DNA of 64,000 nt, from NCBI GenBank assembly GCA_050178385.1, contig JBFXGD010000001.1:5802-69801 (forward strand), read 5' to 3'. The notes under the pieces were generated by a model that worked only from the letters and a program-made list of their open reading frames with translations, was not told where the DNA came from and did not search any database. Origin of the DNA: Calditrichaceae bacterium. GTDB lineage: Bacteria > Calditrichota > Calditrichia > Calditrichales > JBFXGD01. The translations under genes and the position numbers were made by a program. The stretch's first letter is position 1; every line of letters starts with the position of its first letter. Positions 9,271 to 18,644 of the stretch are shown here, in pieces.

Positions 9271-10278
9271 ATGTCTATTCGTGCCAAGATCAGTGCCGTA
9301 AGTCACTATGTGCCGGACAAAGTCCTTACTAATTTCGACCTCGAAAAACTCGTTGACACAAATGATGAATGGATCCGTACGCGTACAGGTATCAGGGAAA
9401 GAAGAATTTTAGGGCCCGGGAAGGCGACATCCGATATGGCCGCCGAGGCCGTTAAAAATCTCTGCAAGCAGCGTAAAATTGATCCGCTTGATATAGAAGT
9501 TATTATTGTTGCCACCGTAACTCCGGATATGTTCTTTCCCAGCACCGGAAATCTTGTTCAGGAGAAGGCCGGGGCAAAAAACGCCTGGTCCTTTGATGTG
9601 GCCGCCGCATGCTCGGGATTTCTGTTCGCGCTTACTATCGGCACCCAGTTTATTCAGGCCGGAACTCATAAAAAAGTGGTTGTGGTCGGTTCAGATAAAA
9701 TGAGTTCAATTGTTAACTATACGGACCGTAATACCTGCGTACTTTTCGGTGATGCAGCAGGAGCGGTTCTTCTGGAGCCATCAGAAGACGATCATCTCGG
9801 AATAATTGATTCCATGTCGTTTTCCGATGGAAGCGGCGCTGAGTACCTGATGATGAAGGGTGGAGGAAGTCTGTTCCCCGCATCGCTTGAGACCGTCGCC
9901 AAAGACTGGCATTTTATCTATCAGGATGGGAAATCCGTTTTTAAATTTGCTGTACAGAAAATGTCGGAAGTTTCCGTTAATATATTAAAAAAGCATAATT
10001 ATACAGGTGATGACCTGAAATTATTTGTACCGCATCAGGCAAATCTTCGCATCATAGACAGCGCCGTTAAAAAACTCGGTATTGATTACAATAAAGTGAT
10101 GATAAATATTGATCGGTATGGAAATACAACGGCAGCCACCATACCGCTGGCACTTTCAGAAGCCTTTTTGCAGGGAAAACTGGAAAAAGGAGATTTGGTT
10201 CTGTTCGCCACATTCGGCGGTGGATTTACATGGGCGAGTACATTAGTCAAATGGGCGATCGACAAACCATCGAATTAG
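9271..10278 (+). CDS. fabH: 3-oxoacyl-ACP synthase III
   Basis: TNDEWIRTRTGIRERR, active-site context AACSGF, HQANLRI and GNTTAATIPL. Confidence 0.9.
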   Translation: MSIRAKISAVSHYVPDKVLTNFDLEKLVDTNDEWIRTRTGIRERRILGPGKATSDMAAEAVKNLCKQRKIDPLDIEVIIVATVTPDMFFPSTGNLVQEKAGAKNAWSFDVAAACSGFLFALTIGTQFIQAGTHKKVVVVGSDKMSSIVNYTDRNTCVLFGDAAGAVLLEPSEDDHLGIIDSMSFSDGSGAEYLMMKGGGSLFPASLETVAKDWHFIYQDGKSVFKFAVQKMSEVSVNILKKHNYTGDDLKLFVPHQANLRIIDSAVKKLGIDYNKVMINIDRYGNTTAATIPLALSEAFLQGKLEKGDLVLFATFGGGFTWASTLVKWAIDKPSN

Positions 10279-10446
10279 TTTTTTTCAAGACTGCGTATCC
10301 GGTCTGAATAAATTTATCGCGAAGACACAGTTAACTATAAACCGAAAATGAATGCAAGATAGAGATATCTCATTCAAAATAAACAAAGTTAAACAGCTCT
10401 TCAATCTTGAGTCGGAAAACCAACGGAAGAAGGAAATTACCCGTAT

Positions 10447-11373
10447 ATGGACAGAGCTTTTATTTTTCCCGGACAGGCTTCTCAGTATGTAGGCATGGGA
10501 CAGGATTTGTATGAAAAATACGATTTAGCCCGAAAGTATTTCGATAAAGCGAATGAAGTTATGAACCTGGATCTGAAAAAAATCTGTTTCGAAGGTCCGG
10601 AAGATGATTTAAAACAAACTTTTATTACTCAGCCGGCCATTTATGTGCACAGCACAATAGTGTATAATTTAATGAGACTGGAAGGCCGCGTGCCTTTAGC
10701 GGTCGCGGGTCACAGTCTTGGAGAGTACAGCGCTCTGGTAGCAGCGGAATCGATTTCGTTTGAAGACGGTTTAAAGCTGGTAAAAAAACGCAGCGAGCTG
10801 ATGCACAAAGCGGGTCAGGAAAAGCCGGGTACGATGGCCGCGCTTATCGGAATGAATCCTGATCAGGTGAATGAATTATGCGATAAACTTTATAGTAAAG
10901 GGATCATTCAGCCGGCTAATTTTAATTGTCCCGGACAGATTGCCGTATCCGGTGACAGGCATGTCATACTTGATGCTATAAATGTCGCAAAGGAAATGGG
11001 CGCGAAAATGGCGGTTGAATTAGTGGTTTCAGGCGCTTTTCACAGCCCCCTGATGCAAAGCGCGGCGGAAGGTTTGCGGGAAGAGCTGAATGCTACAGTT
11101 TTTAAAAATACCACGATACCATTTTATTCAAATGTTGATGCCAATCCTACCCAGGACAGTGCTAAGATAAAGGAATTGCTGCTGAAACAACTCACCAGCC
11201 CGGTACTGTGGCAAAATTTAACTGAAAATATGATAAGGGACGGATACAGGGAATTTTATGAAGTTGGACCCGGTAATGTACTAAAAGGACTTTTGAAACG
11301 TATTAACCGGTCGGTATCCTGTGATACAGTAGGCAAAATCACTGAATTGGAAAAATCCGAGGGAGAAGCATGA
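10447..11373 (+). CDS. fabD: malonyl CoA-ACP transacylase
   Basis: FIFPGQASQYVGMG, active-site GHSLGEYSAL and SGAFHSPLM. Confidence 0.9.
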   Translation: MDRAFIFPGQASQYVGMGQDLYEKYDLARKYFDKANEVMNLDLKKICFEGPEDDLKQTFITQPAIYVHSTIVYNLMRLEGRVPLAVAGHSLGEYSALVAAESISFEDGLKLVKKRSELMHKAGQEKPGTMAALIGMNPDQVNELCDKLYSKGIIQPANFNCPGQIAVSGDRHVILDAINVAKEMGAKMAVELVVSGAFHSPLMQSAAEGLREELNATVFKNTTIPFYSNVDANPTQDSAKIKELLLKQLTSPVLWQNLTENMIRDGYREFYEVGPGNVLKGLLKRINRSVSCDTVGKITELEKSEGEA

Positions 11374-12110
11374 ATTTAAGCGGCAGGGTGGCTATCGTAA
11401 CCGGATCATCAAGAGGAATAGGCAAGTCAATCGCGTTGGAGCTGGCGGCAAGAGGAGCGAATATTGTACTGAGCGGCAGGAACAAAGAGAGTCTGGATAA
11501 AGTTTCGAAAGAAATCATAGAAAAAGGTCCCGATGTTCTTGCAGTCGCCGGAGATGTTGGAAATGCATCAGATGCACAGAATTTAATCGACAGCGCTTTA
11601 GAGAAATTCGGGAAGATTGATATTTTAATAAATAACGCGGGTATCACGCGGGATAATCTTTTGCTGCGTATGTCGGAAGAAGACTGGGATATAGTATTAA
11701 AAACAAATTTGAAAGGCGCGTATAACTGCATACGCAGTATTACAAAACCATACATGAAACAGCGGAATGGCGTGATCATTAATATAACCTCGGTGATAGG
11801 CCAGGTCGGGAATGCGGGACAGGTAAATTATGCGGCATCAAAAGCCGGAGTTATCGGTCTTACAAAGAGTGTTGCAAAAGAATTGTCGGGAAGAAATATC
11901 CGCGTAAATGCGGTAGCGCCAGGATTTATTGAGACAGAGATGACGGAAAATTTACCTCAGCAGGTAAAAGATGAATTGCTTAAATCAATTCCATTAGCTA
12001 AGTTAGGCCAGCCTGAAGATGTTGCTAAATTAGTATCATTTTTAGTTTCTGATGATGCTGCTTATATTACAGGGCAGGTCATCAATGTTGACGGCGGCAT
12101 GGTAATGTAA
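11370..12110 (+). CDS. fabG: 3-oxoacyl-ACP reductase
   Basis: VTGSSRGIGKSIA, NNAGITRD, YAASKAG (YxxxK) and NVDGGMVM C-terminus. A 4-nt ATGA overlap links it to fabD. Confidence 0.9.
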   Translation: MNLSGRVAIVTGSSRGIGKSIALELAARGANIVLSGRNKESLDKVSKEIIEKGPDVLAVAGDVGNASDAQNLIDSALEKFGKIDILINNAGITRDNLLLRMSEEDWDIVLKTNLKGAYNCIRSITKPYMKQRNGVIINITSVIGQVGNAGQVNYAASKAGVIGLTKSVAKELSGRNIRVNAVAPGFIETEMTENLPQQVKDELLKSIPLAKLGQPEDVAKLVSFLVSDDAAYITGQVINVDGGMVM

Positions 12111-12159
12111 AAATGTAAATTCGAATAGTAGCTAACATTAAATAATGAAGGAGAATAAA

Positions 12160-12396
12160 ATGGCTATTGAAGAAAAAGTCAAAGAGATTATCATCGATCA
12201 GTTGGGCGTTGATGAAGCACAAGTAAAACCAGAAGCTTCTTTTATAGATGATCTTGGCGCGGATAGTCTGGATACTGTTGAACTGGTCATGGCATTTGAA
12301 GAAAAATTCGAAATTGAAATTCCTGATGAAGACGCGGAAAAGATGCGTACGGTTGGGGATGCCATTTCATATCTGACTGAAAAATTAGGCAATTAA
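12160..12396 (+). CDS. acpP: acyl carrier protein
   Basis: [17 protein letters not shown] phosphopantetheine-attachment motif. ATG 12160 is 6 nt after AAGGAG (12148-12153). The track's ATG 12145 overlaps that SD. Confidence 0.95.
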   Translation: MAIEEKVKEIIIDQLGVDEAQVKPEASFIDDLGADSLDTVELVMAFEEKFEIEIPDEDAEKMRTVGDAISYLTEKLGN

Positions 12397-12421
12397 TCTG
12401 ACAATTGATCTATAAATTGAG

Positions 12422-12449
12422 GCAATTCTGTTGATATCAACCGGATTGC
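12422..12449 (+). terminator. possible attenuator/terminator hairpin after acpP
   Basis: GCAAT (12422-12426) / ATTGC (12445-12449) encloses the perfect palindrome GTTGATATCAAC (12430-12441). TTCTATTTATTTAT follows. The stem is weak and the T-tract is not clean. Confidence 0.3.
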
Positions 12450-12483
12450 TTCTATTTATTTATATTCCTGTAAGTAGAACAAA

Positions 12484-13740
12484 ATGGATTATGAGGTCAT
12501 GGCAAAAAGACGAGTAGTAGTGACAGGTTTTGGGGCCATTACGCCGGTGGGCTTAAATGCATCCGAAACCTGGGAAAATCTATTAAAGGGCAAAAGCGGC
12601 GTCAATTCTATCACCTTGTTTGACCCGGACAGTTTCACCACAAAAATCGCCGCTCAAGTTAAAGGCTATGATCCTTTAAATTATTTTGACAGTAAAGAAT
12701 CCAGAAAACTGGATCGGTATACGCAGTTCGCATTAATTTCCGCAAAAGAAGCAATTGAAATGTCCGGTCTTGATTTGGAAAAAGAAGATCGTGACCGAAT
12801 CGGAGTAATCGTGGGATCCGGTATCGGAGGTATGTCCTCATTCGAGAATGAACATGAGAAACTTCTGACTCAGGGACCGAGAAGGGTTAGCCCGTATTTT
12901 ATTCCGCAAATGATTGCTGATATTGCCGCCGGTCAAATTTCCATGGCATATAACCTCAAAGGCCCGAATTATTCAACGGTTTCGGCCTGCGCCACTTCCG
13001 GGCACAGTATAGGCATCAGTATGCGTACCATTCAATATGGCGATGCTGATATAATGGTGGCCGGAGGCTCCGAAGCATCTATTACTCCAATGGGAGTCGC
13101 CGGATTTAACTCCATGAAAGCGCTTTCGACCCGTAATGACGATCCTGAAAAGGCCAGTCGTCCTTTCGATCTTGGGCGTGACGGGTTTGTTATGGGGGAA
13201 GGCGCCGGGATTGTCATTATTGAAGAACTGGAGCATGCTCTCAGGCGGGGCGCGACCATCTATGCCGAATTAGGAGGTATCGGATTCACCGCGGATGCTT
13301 ATCACATCACACAACCGGCCCCGGGTGGGGAAGGCGCGATTCGCGCAATCCGAAATTGCGTTAAAGATTCTGACTTTGAATTGACTGATATTCAATATAT
13401 AAATGCTCATGGGACCTCAACGCCCTTTAATGACAAAAATGAAAGCGCGGCCATTAAAACACTATTTGGCGACCACGCCTATAAAATGAATATAAGCTCG
13501 ACTAAATCAATGACCGGCCATCTGTTGGGCGCCGCAGGCGGTATAGAAATGATTATATCGACGCTTGTTGTAAAAAATGATATTATTCCACCGACAATAA
13601 ATTATGAGACACCTGATCCGGAATGTGATTTAAACTATACACCGAACAAAGCGGTAGAAAGGGTTGTAAATGCCGCGGTGAGTAATTCTTTTGGGTTTGG
13701 CGGCCATAATGCCTGTTTGTGTGTCAAAAAATATGCATAA
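12484..13740 (+). CDS. fabF: 3-oxoacyl-ACP synthase II
   Basis: RRVVVTGFGAITPVG, active-site SACATSGH, NAHGTSTP and GHLLGAAGG. The start could instead be ATG 12499 (MAKRRVVV). Confidence 0.9.
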   Translation: MDYEVMAKRRVVVTGFGAITPVGLNASETWENLLKGKSGVNSITLFDPDSFTTKIAAQVKGYDPLNYFDSKESRKLDRYTQFALISAKEAIEMSGLDLEKEDRDRIGVIVGSGIGGMSSFENEHEKLLTQGPRRVSPYFIPQMIADIAAGQISMAYNLKGPNYSTVSACATSGHSIGISMRTIQYGDADIMVAGGSEASITPMGVAGFNSMKALSTRNDDPEKASRPFDLGRDGFVMGEGAGIVIIEELEHALRRGATIYAELGGIGFTADAYHITQPAPGGEGAIRAIRNCVKDSDFELTDIQYINAHGTSTPFNDKNESAAIKTLFGDHAYKMNISSTKSMTGHLLGAAGGIEMIISTLVVKNDIIPPTINYETPDPECDLNYTPNKAVERVVNAAVSNSFGFGGHNACLCVKKYA

Positions 13741-13831
13741 TTCATGCTGCGGGTTACTGGTGTGAACTATTTGCGATGGGTTATTCAGAGAGTTAACGGT
13801 AATCTTAATACTGACATGTGCAAATTAAAAT

Positions 13832-14614
13832 ATGATAAAAGAAATAATCCAAAGGATTGGAATTCCGCTTCCTGAGAAGGAGAAATTTCCGGTAGATTTA
13901 AAAAAATTAGAAAAAATACTTGAATATACATTTCAGGACAAAGAATTAATACTTAAAGCTTTAAGGCATCGATCATACCTTAGTTTAACCCATGAAGATA
14001 ATATTGAGTCAAATGAAAGGCTGGAGTTTTTAGGAGATGCCGTTCTCGATCTGATAGTCACGGAACATCTTTATAAAGATTTTAAAGGGCAGAGCGAAGG
14101 AGTATTATCCAAAAAGAAATCCATTCTTGTTTCACGTCAGGTGTTGGGCCATCTCACGGACAAACTTGGTCTCGGTGAGTATCTTCTCATCAATAAGGGA
14201 GAAGAAAAGACCGGAGGAAGAAGAAGGCTCTCCAATCTTGCTAATCTTTTTGAAGCCTTATTGGGTGCTATTTATCTCGACTCCGGTATCAAATCCGCTG
14301 AAAATTTTGTTTACCGGAATCTCCTGGACCAGCGTGATGAATTTCTGAAAACAAAATCCTATTTTAATTATAAATCATCCTTATTGGAATTTGCCCAGGC
14401 CAAAGGCTGGGGATTTCCAAAGTATGAAATTTTGGCTGAAGAAGGTCCTGATCATGAAAAACAATTTATTATTCAGGTAAATGTTAATGATAAATGGTCA
14501 GCAACGGGAACCGGGAGAAGCAAAAAAAATGCCGAACAACGCGCGGCGCAAAATGTTTTGAAAAAGATTGAGGAATCATCAGAAAAAATTTCTAAATATT
14601 TGAAAGACGAATAA
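13832..14614 (+). CDS. rnc: ribonuclease III
   Basis: RNase III signature NERLEFLGDAVL and a C-terminal dsRBD (PKYEI..GPDHEKQF..GRSKKNAEQRAA). Confidence 0.9.
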   Translation: MIKEIIQRIGIPLPEKEKFPVDLKKLEKILEYTFQDKELILKALRHRSYLSLTHEDNIESNERLEFLGDAVLDLIVTEHLYKDFKGQSEGVLSKKKSILVSRQVLGHLTDKLGLGEYLLINKGEEKTGGRRRLSNLANLFEALLGAIYLDSGIKSAENFVYRNLLDQRDEFLKTKSYFNYKSSLLEFAQAKGWGFPKYEILAEEGPDHEKQFIIQVNVNDKWSATGTGRSKKNAEQRAAQNVLKKIEESSEKISKYLKDE

Positions 14615-14644
14615 TATCATAAAAGATAAAGGTGTAATCTGTCA

Positions 14645-15733
14645 ATGAAAATTATTAATGTTGTTGGTGCGCGACCAAATTTCATGAAAATAGCCCCGAT
14701 ACAGCGTGTCATGTCCGGGTATAAAAATATAGAAACAAGGCTTGTGCATACCGGTCAGCATTATGATGAGCGTATGTCTAAATTGTTTTTTGAAGATTTG
14801 CAATTACCTAAACCGGATGTATATTTAAATGTCGGTTCCGGGAGTCATGCTGTGCAGACAGCAAAGGTTATGATGGAATTTGAACAGGTACTCCTGTCGG
14901 AGAAACCGGACCTTGTTGTTGTTGTCGGAGATGTAAATTCAACCGCGGCCTGCAGCATAGTCGCCGCAAAATTAGGCGTGAAAGTCGCGCATGTGGAAGC
15001 CGGACTCAGGTCTTTTGACAGAACAATGCCTGAAGAAATTAATCGTATTCTTACGGATGCCATTTCGGATTTTTTGTTTGTAACCGAGCAAAGCGGTCTT
15101 ATGCATTTAAAGAATGAAGGCATAGATGATTCAAAAGTACACTTTGTCGGGAACGTAATGATTGACTCTCTTGTATATTTTCTTGAGAAAGCCAGACAGT
15201 CAAAAATTATGAGTGATCTGAAATTGGATCAAAAAAACTTTGCTCTTGTTACCCTTCATCGTCCAAGCAATGTTGACAACAAAGATCACTTTTTAAATTT
15301 GCTGCATGCGTTCGAAGTTATCGAAAAAGATATCAATATTGTATTCCCAATCCATCCGCGATCGCGGAAAATGATCGAATCATTCGGATTGCAGGATAAA
15401 ATAGATCGTATGAAGAATCTGATGCTTTTAGAGCCGCTGGGTTATCTCGATTTCATGAATCTTATGCAGAATGCGCGACTGGTTTTGACTGATTCAGGAG
15501 GCATCCAGGAAGAAACGACTTATCTTGGAACCCCGTGCATCACGCTGCGTGAAAATACCGAGCGACCGGTGACAATTGAAGTGGGAACGAATGTGATGGT
15601 TGGGAACGATACCAAGCGTATCATCGATGAGGCGCAAAAAGTGATCTCTGGAAACGGCAAACACGGAAAAATTCCGGATTTATGGGATGGAAAAGCCGCC
15701 GAACGAATAGTTGAAATAATAGCCGGGGAATAA
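14645..15733 (+). CDS. wecB: UDP-N-acetylglucosamine 2-epimerase (non-hydrolysing)
   Basis: VVGARPNFMK, HTGQHYD, VVVVGDVNST, HVEAGLRSFD..MPEEINR and DSGGIQEE are the WecB/MnaA family blocks. Confidence 0.85.
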   Translation: MKIINVVGARPNFMKIAPIQRVMSGYKNIETRLVHTGQHYDERMSKLFFEDLQLPKPDVYLNVGSGSHAVQTAKVMMEFEQVLLSEKPDLVVVVGDVNSTAACSIVAAKLGVKVAHVEAGLRSFDRTMPEEINRILTDAISDFLFVTEQSGLMHLKNEGIDDSKVHFVGNVMIDSLVYFLEKARQSKIMSDLKLDQKNFALVTLHRPSNVDNKDHFLNLLHAFEVIEKDINIVFPIHPRSRKMIESFGLQDKIDRMKNLMLLEPLGYLDFMNLMQNARLVLTDSGGIQEETTYLGTPCITLRENTERPVTIEVGTNVMVGNDTKRIIDEAQKVISGNGKHGKIPDLWDGKAAERIVEIIAGE

Positions 15734-15735
15734 TA

Positions 15736-17007
15736 TTGAAAAAATTTATCTGTTTTCTGTTTATTCTTGTCAACTCGCTAATGGCGCAGGTAAGTATCAA
15801 TCAGGATAATCCGGATCTTGTTGAACGGGAAGGCCAAAAGTATAAAACATCTCTGGAGAAGTTTTATAAAAACAGAACTATTCTGCGTACTGTGACACCA
15901 CAGATCCTGGAAGATGAACTGGAAGCGGATGCTTATCTTGTTGGGCCCGGAGATGAGTTCAGCCTGAATTTTTTTGGTGAGATTAACGAAGAACTAAGAT
16001 TTTCAGTACTCCCTGAGGGCAATGTTGTAATTCCGACTGTCGGCGCGGTAAATATCAACGGTATGGATTTGACAAATGCCAAAAAAACCATTTCCGCGGC
16101 GATCAGGAAATATTATAATGATTCCGATTTCTCGATCAATATTGTCGGCTTGAGAAAATTCAGAGTCTATCTGACGGGTGAAGTAAAAACGCCCGGGACA
16201 TATTTTGTACAGGGATCAGACCGGGTATCCGACGTAATTGAAATTGCGAGTGGTTTAACTGACTGGGCCGATGAGACAGCAATCGAAATACGTCATCTGG
16301 ATAGCACCATTGATACACTGAATATATCAAAATATTACCGTGACGCCGATAAAGATCAGAACCTTTTTTTGCGCGGGGGTGATGTAATCCATATTCCTGC
16401 AATCAATCTGTCGGATCCGTATGTGATAGTGGAGAGCCGGATCGAAAAAATTGTCGGCAGCAAGATTGACGAAAACTCATCCTACACCGAGAAACGAAGC
16501 ACCAGAAAGATTTATCGCCTCATGGATGATGAGACCGTAACTATGTTCCTGCGCAGAATATCCGCTTTTACCGCGGAGATTGATCTTTCCACAATCACGC
16601 TGGTGCGGGACGAGAATAGTACCATTATTAATCTGCTCAACGGATATGAAGAGTATGAAGGGTTTTTGCTTAAAAACAAGGATGTACTGAATATACCCGA
16701 TTTGAACAGAGAAGTCTATGTACAGGGTGAAGTCCGGATCCCGGGAGCTTATGTGTTTAATGTAAATCTCCGGGCAAATGATTATATTGGAAAAGCCGGA
16801 GTCCTTGAAAGAGCAAAGAACAGTGATGAGGTGATTATAATACGCGCCGGAACTAAAGAAGTACTCAAAGGCGGTAATACAATTATTGAAAAAGGCGATA
16901 CGATCATTGTCCCGAGAAAGAGAAGGGAGCTGGTGAGGGATTATGTCTCGATCATAATACCTGTATTGAGCATAGTAATATCAACTATTGCGATTGTTAC
17001 CAGATGA
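15736..17007 (+). CDS. outer-membrane polysaccharide export protein (Wza/OPX family)
   Basis: Signal peptide MKKFICFLFILVNSLMAQ. Poly_export block LVGPGDEFSLNFFGE..GNVVIPTVGAVNINGMDL. Two SLBB-like blocks (YLTGEVKTPGTY, YVQGEVRIPGAY). C-terminal hydrophobic helix. TTG start. Confidence 0.75.
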   Translation: MKKFICFLFILVNSLMAQVSINQDNPDLVEREGQKYKTSLEKFYKNRTILRTVTPQILEDELEADAYLVGPGDEFSLNFFGEINEELRFSVLPEGNVVIPTVGAVNINGMDLTNAKKTISAAIRKYYNDSDFSINIVGLRKFRVYLTGEVKTPGTYFVQGSDRVSDVIEIASGLTDWADETAIEIRHLDSTIDTLNISKYYRDADKDQNLFLRGGDVIHIPAINLSDPYVIVESRIEKIVGSKIDENSSYTEKRSTRKIYRLMDDETVTMFLRRISAFTAEIDLSTITLVRDENSTIINLLNGYEEYEGFLLKNKDVLNIPDLNREVYVQGEVRIPGAYVFNVNLRANDYIGKAGVLERAKNSDEVIIIRAGTKEVLKGGNTIIEKGDTIIVPRKRRELVRDYVSIIIPVLSIVISTIAIVTR

Positions 17008-17057
17008 TCGTGGTTAGTTAATAGAACCCGCCATTAAAATAAATCCGGAAGAGAATA

Positions 17058-18326
17058 ATGACTGAAAACAATCGACAGCCTAAACAAGATGAAGTCAATC
17101 TACTCGATTATTTATCGATCCTGTTGAAATGGCGTAAAATAATAATTTATTCTCTTATCATATTTAGCGTGACCGCTATTTTTTTTAGTCTCATTATTCC
17201 AAAGACATACCGCGCATCGTCAATCATAATGCCATCCACCGATCAGGGAGGAATGATGTCCGGATTCCCCATAAACTTGCCTTCCGGCGGGTTATTGAGC
17301 AGCTTTGGCGGGCTATTCGGGGGAGCATCGGATGAATCCTATACACTGCTCGCGATACTAGACAGCCGCACCATCGCCGAAAATACGATCAAACATTTTG
17401 ATTTAATGAAACGGTATGATAGTGACAACATGGAGCAGGCGATTAAGACATTTAAGGAACAGCTTGATTTCACCATGGAAGAGGAGGGAACCATTGAGAT
17501 CACTTTTGATGTGGAAACCGGATATCTTCATTTTGACAAAGATGAAGAAGAAGCCCGTCAGCTGTCAGCCGAAATTGCTAATTATATCGTAAGTGAATTA
17601 AACCGGATCTTTACGGAATTACAGACTTCCCAGGCAAAATCTTTTCGTGTTTTCATTGAGAAGCGATACGATGAAAGCAAACACGATATAAGTGTCCTGG
17701 AACAGCAGATAAAGGATTTCAGCCAGACTTCGGGTATGATTTCTCTTCCGGATCAAATTTCTGCCGCCATCACCGCCGCGGCTGAGATTGAGGGTGAGAT
17801 TATGTCCAAGGAAATTGAAATCGAAGCTCTAAAGCAGTCTCTAAACCCGAACCATTCCTTTGTCAAAAAATTAAATATTGAGCTGATCGAACTCAGAAAA
17901 AAAATGAAGGAATTAAGGCTTGGCACGGCTAAAAAAGATTCAATGGCCATATTCCCTGTTTTTTCTGAAGCCCCGGAGCTTGGAATTAAATATCTGAGAC
18001 TAAAAAGGGAAGCGGAAGTACAGGAAATTATCTATCAGTTTGTAACTCAGCAATACGAACAAGCCAAACTGCAGGAGGCAAAAAATACACCATCCATTCA
18101 GATTATTGACGCAGCCGTTCCTCCTGTAAAGAAATTTAAACCGATACGTTGGTTAATCGTAGTTGTTTCTGGTTTACTGGGAATATTAATCGGAATCTTT
18201 ATTTCATTTCTAAATGAATATATGAGCCGTTTAAAGGTACATGATCCTGAAAGGTATTTAAGCTTCTCAAGTCTTGTCAAAGAAACCAGATTAGATCTGT
18301 TTGGCAGAAAATCAAACAGGAACTGA
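17058..18326 (+). CDS. polysaccharide chain-length determinant (Wzz/PCP family, no kinase domain)
   Basis: N-terminal Wzz block (VNLLDYLSILLKWRKIII + TM), a long coiled-coil periplasmic region, and a second TM near the C-terminus (RWLIVVVSGLLGILIGIFISFL). No Walker-A tyrosine-kinase domain. Confidence 0.7.
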   Translation: MTENNRQPKQDEVNLLDYLSILLKWRKIIIYSLIIFSVTAIFFSLIIPKTYRASSIIMPSTDQGGMMSGFPINLPSGGLLSSFGGLFGGASDESYTLLAILDSRTIAENTIKHFDLMKRYDSDNMEQAIKTFKEQLDFTMEEEGTIEITFDVETGYLHFDKDEEEARQLSAEIANYIVSELNRIFTELQTSQAKSFRVFIEKRYDESKHDISVLEQQIKDFSQTSGMISLPDQISAAITAAAEIEGEIMSKEIEIEALKQSLNPNHSFVKKLNIELIELRKKMKELRLGTAKKDSMAIFPVFSEAPELGIKYLRLKREAEVQEIIYQFVTQQYEQAKLQEAKNTPSIQIIDAAVPPVKKFKPIRWLIVVVSGLLGILIGIFISFLNEYMSRLKVHDPERYLSFSSLVKETRLDLFGRKSNRN

Positions 18327-18379
18327 GTCAAAGTTTGGCAACAACTCTTTCTGTTTACTCCGCAATGAAATTATATCAG

Positions 18380-18418
18380 ATCCATTCACGGCGAATAAAA
18401 AGATTCCCGTCGATGGAT
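18380..18418 (+). terminator. hairpin in the 267-nt gap after the Wzz-like gene (possible terminator without U-tract)
   Basis: ATCCAT (18380-18385) / ATGGAT (18413-18418), plus an inner ACGG/CCGT stem separated by one mismatch. An A/T-rich tail (TAATTAAAATATATT) follows, not a clean T-run. Confidence 0.3.
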
Positions 18419-18644
18419 TAATTAAAATATATTGGCATTTTTTAATTCATTCTTACTTCCGTCGCGGTAAATTTCCCTTTTTTCTCCGAATTTTAACAGC
18501 ATATCTAATCAATATAAACTTTTTGCATTCAAATTTTGGTAAGAGACACAAAAAGTCCTAAATTTGATAGTTTATTAAATAAATATAAGGCCAATGGTTT
18601 TAATCAAACCGGAAATTGAATTAGAGCGGATTCTGGAGGAGATA

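Noticed and set aside
11339-11779. 146-aa ORF antisense to fabG. Similar long antisense ORFs occur at 26471-26911, 51900-52241, 3449-3760 and 4401-4724.
   Set aside because: They lie fully inside well-supported genes on the opposite strand. They have low-complexity, Ser/Pro/Phe/Ile-rich composition, no SD and no recognisable motifs. These are shadow ORFs.
18301-18561. 86-aa ORF in the gap after the Wzz-like gene
   Set aside because: It overlaps the Wzz-like stop and has no SD. Its composition looks like translated AT-rich non-coding DNA (runs of F, L, I, N, K). I treated the region as intergenic.
18535-18566. Bacteroidetes-type promoter: TTTG (18535-18538), a 20-nt spacer, then TAAATTTG (18559-18566). 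A similar TATATTTG occurs at 2616-2623.
   Set aside because: The TAnnTTTG pattern is expected by chance in such AT-rich spacers. The spacing at the second site (24 nt) is off. The strong SD usage argues the organism is not a typical Bacteroidia. This is not supportable without TSS data.
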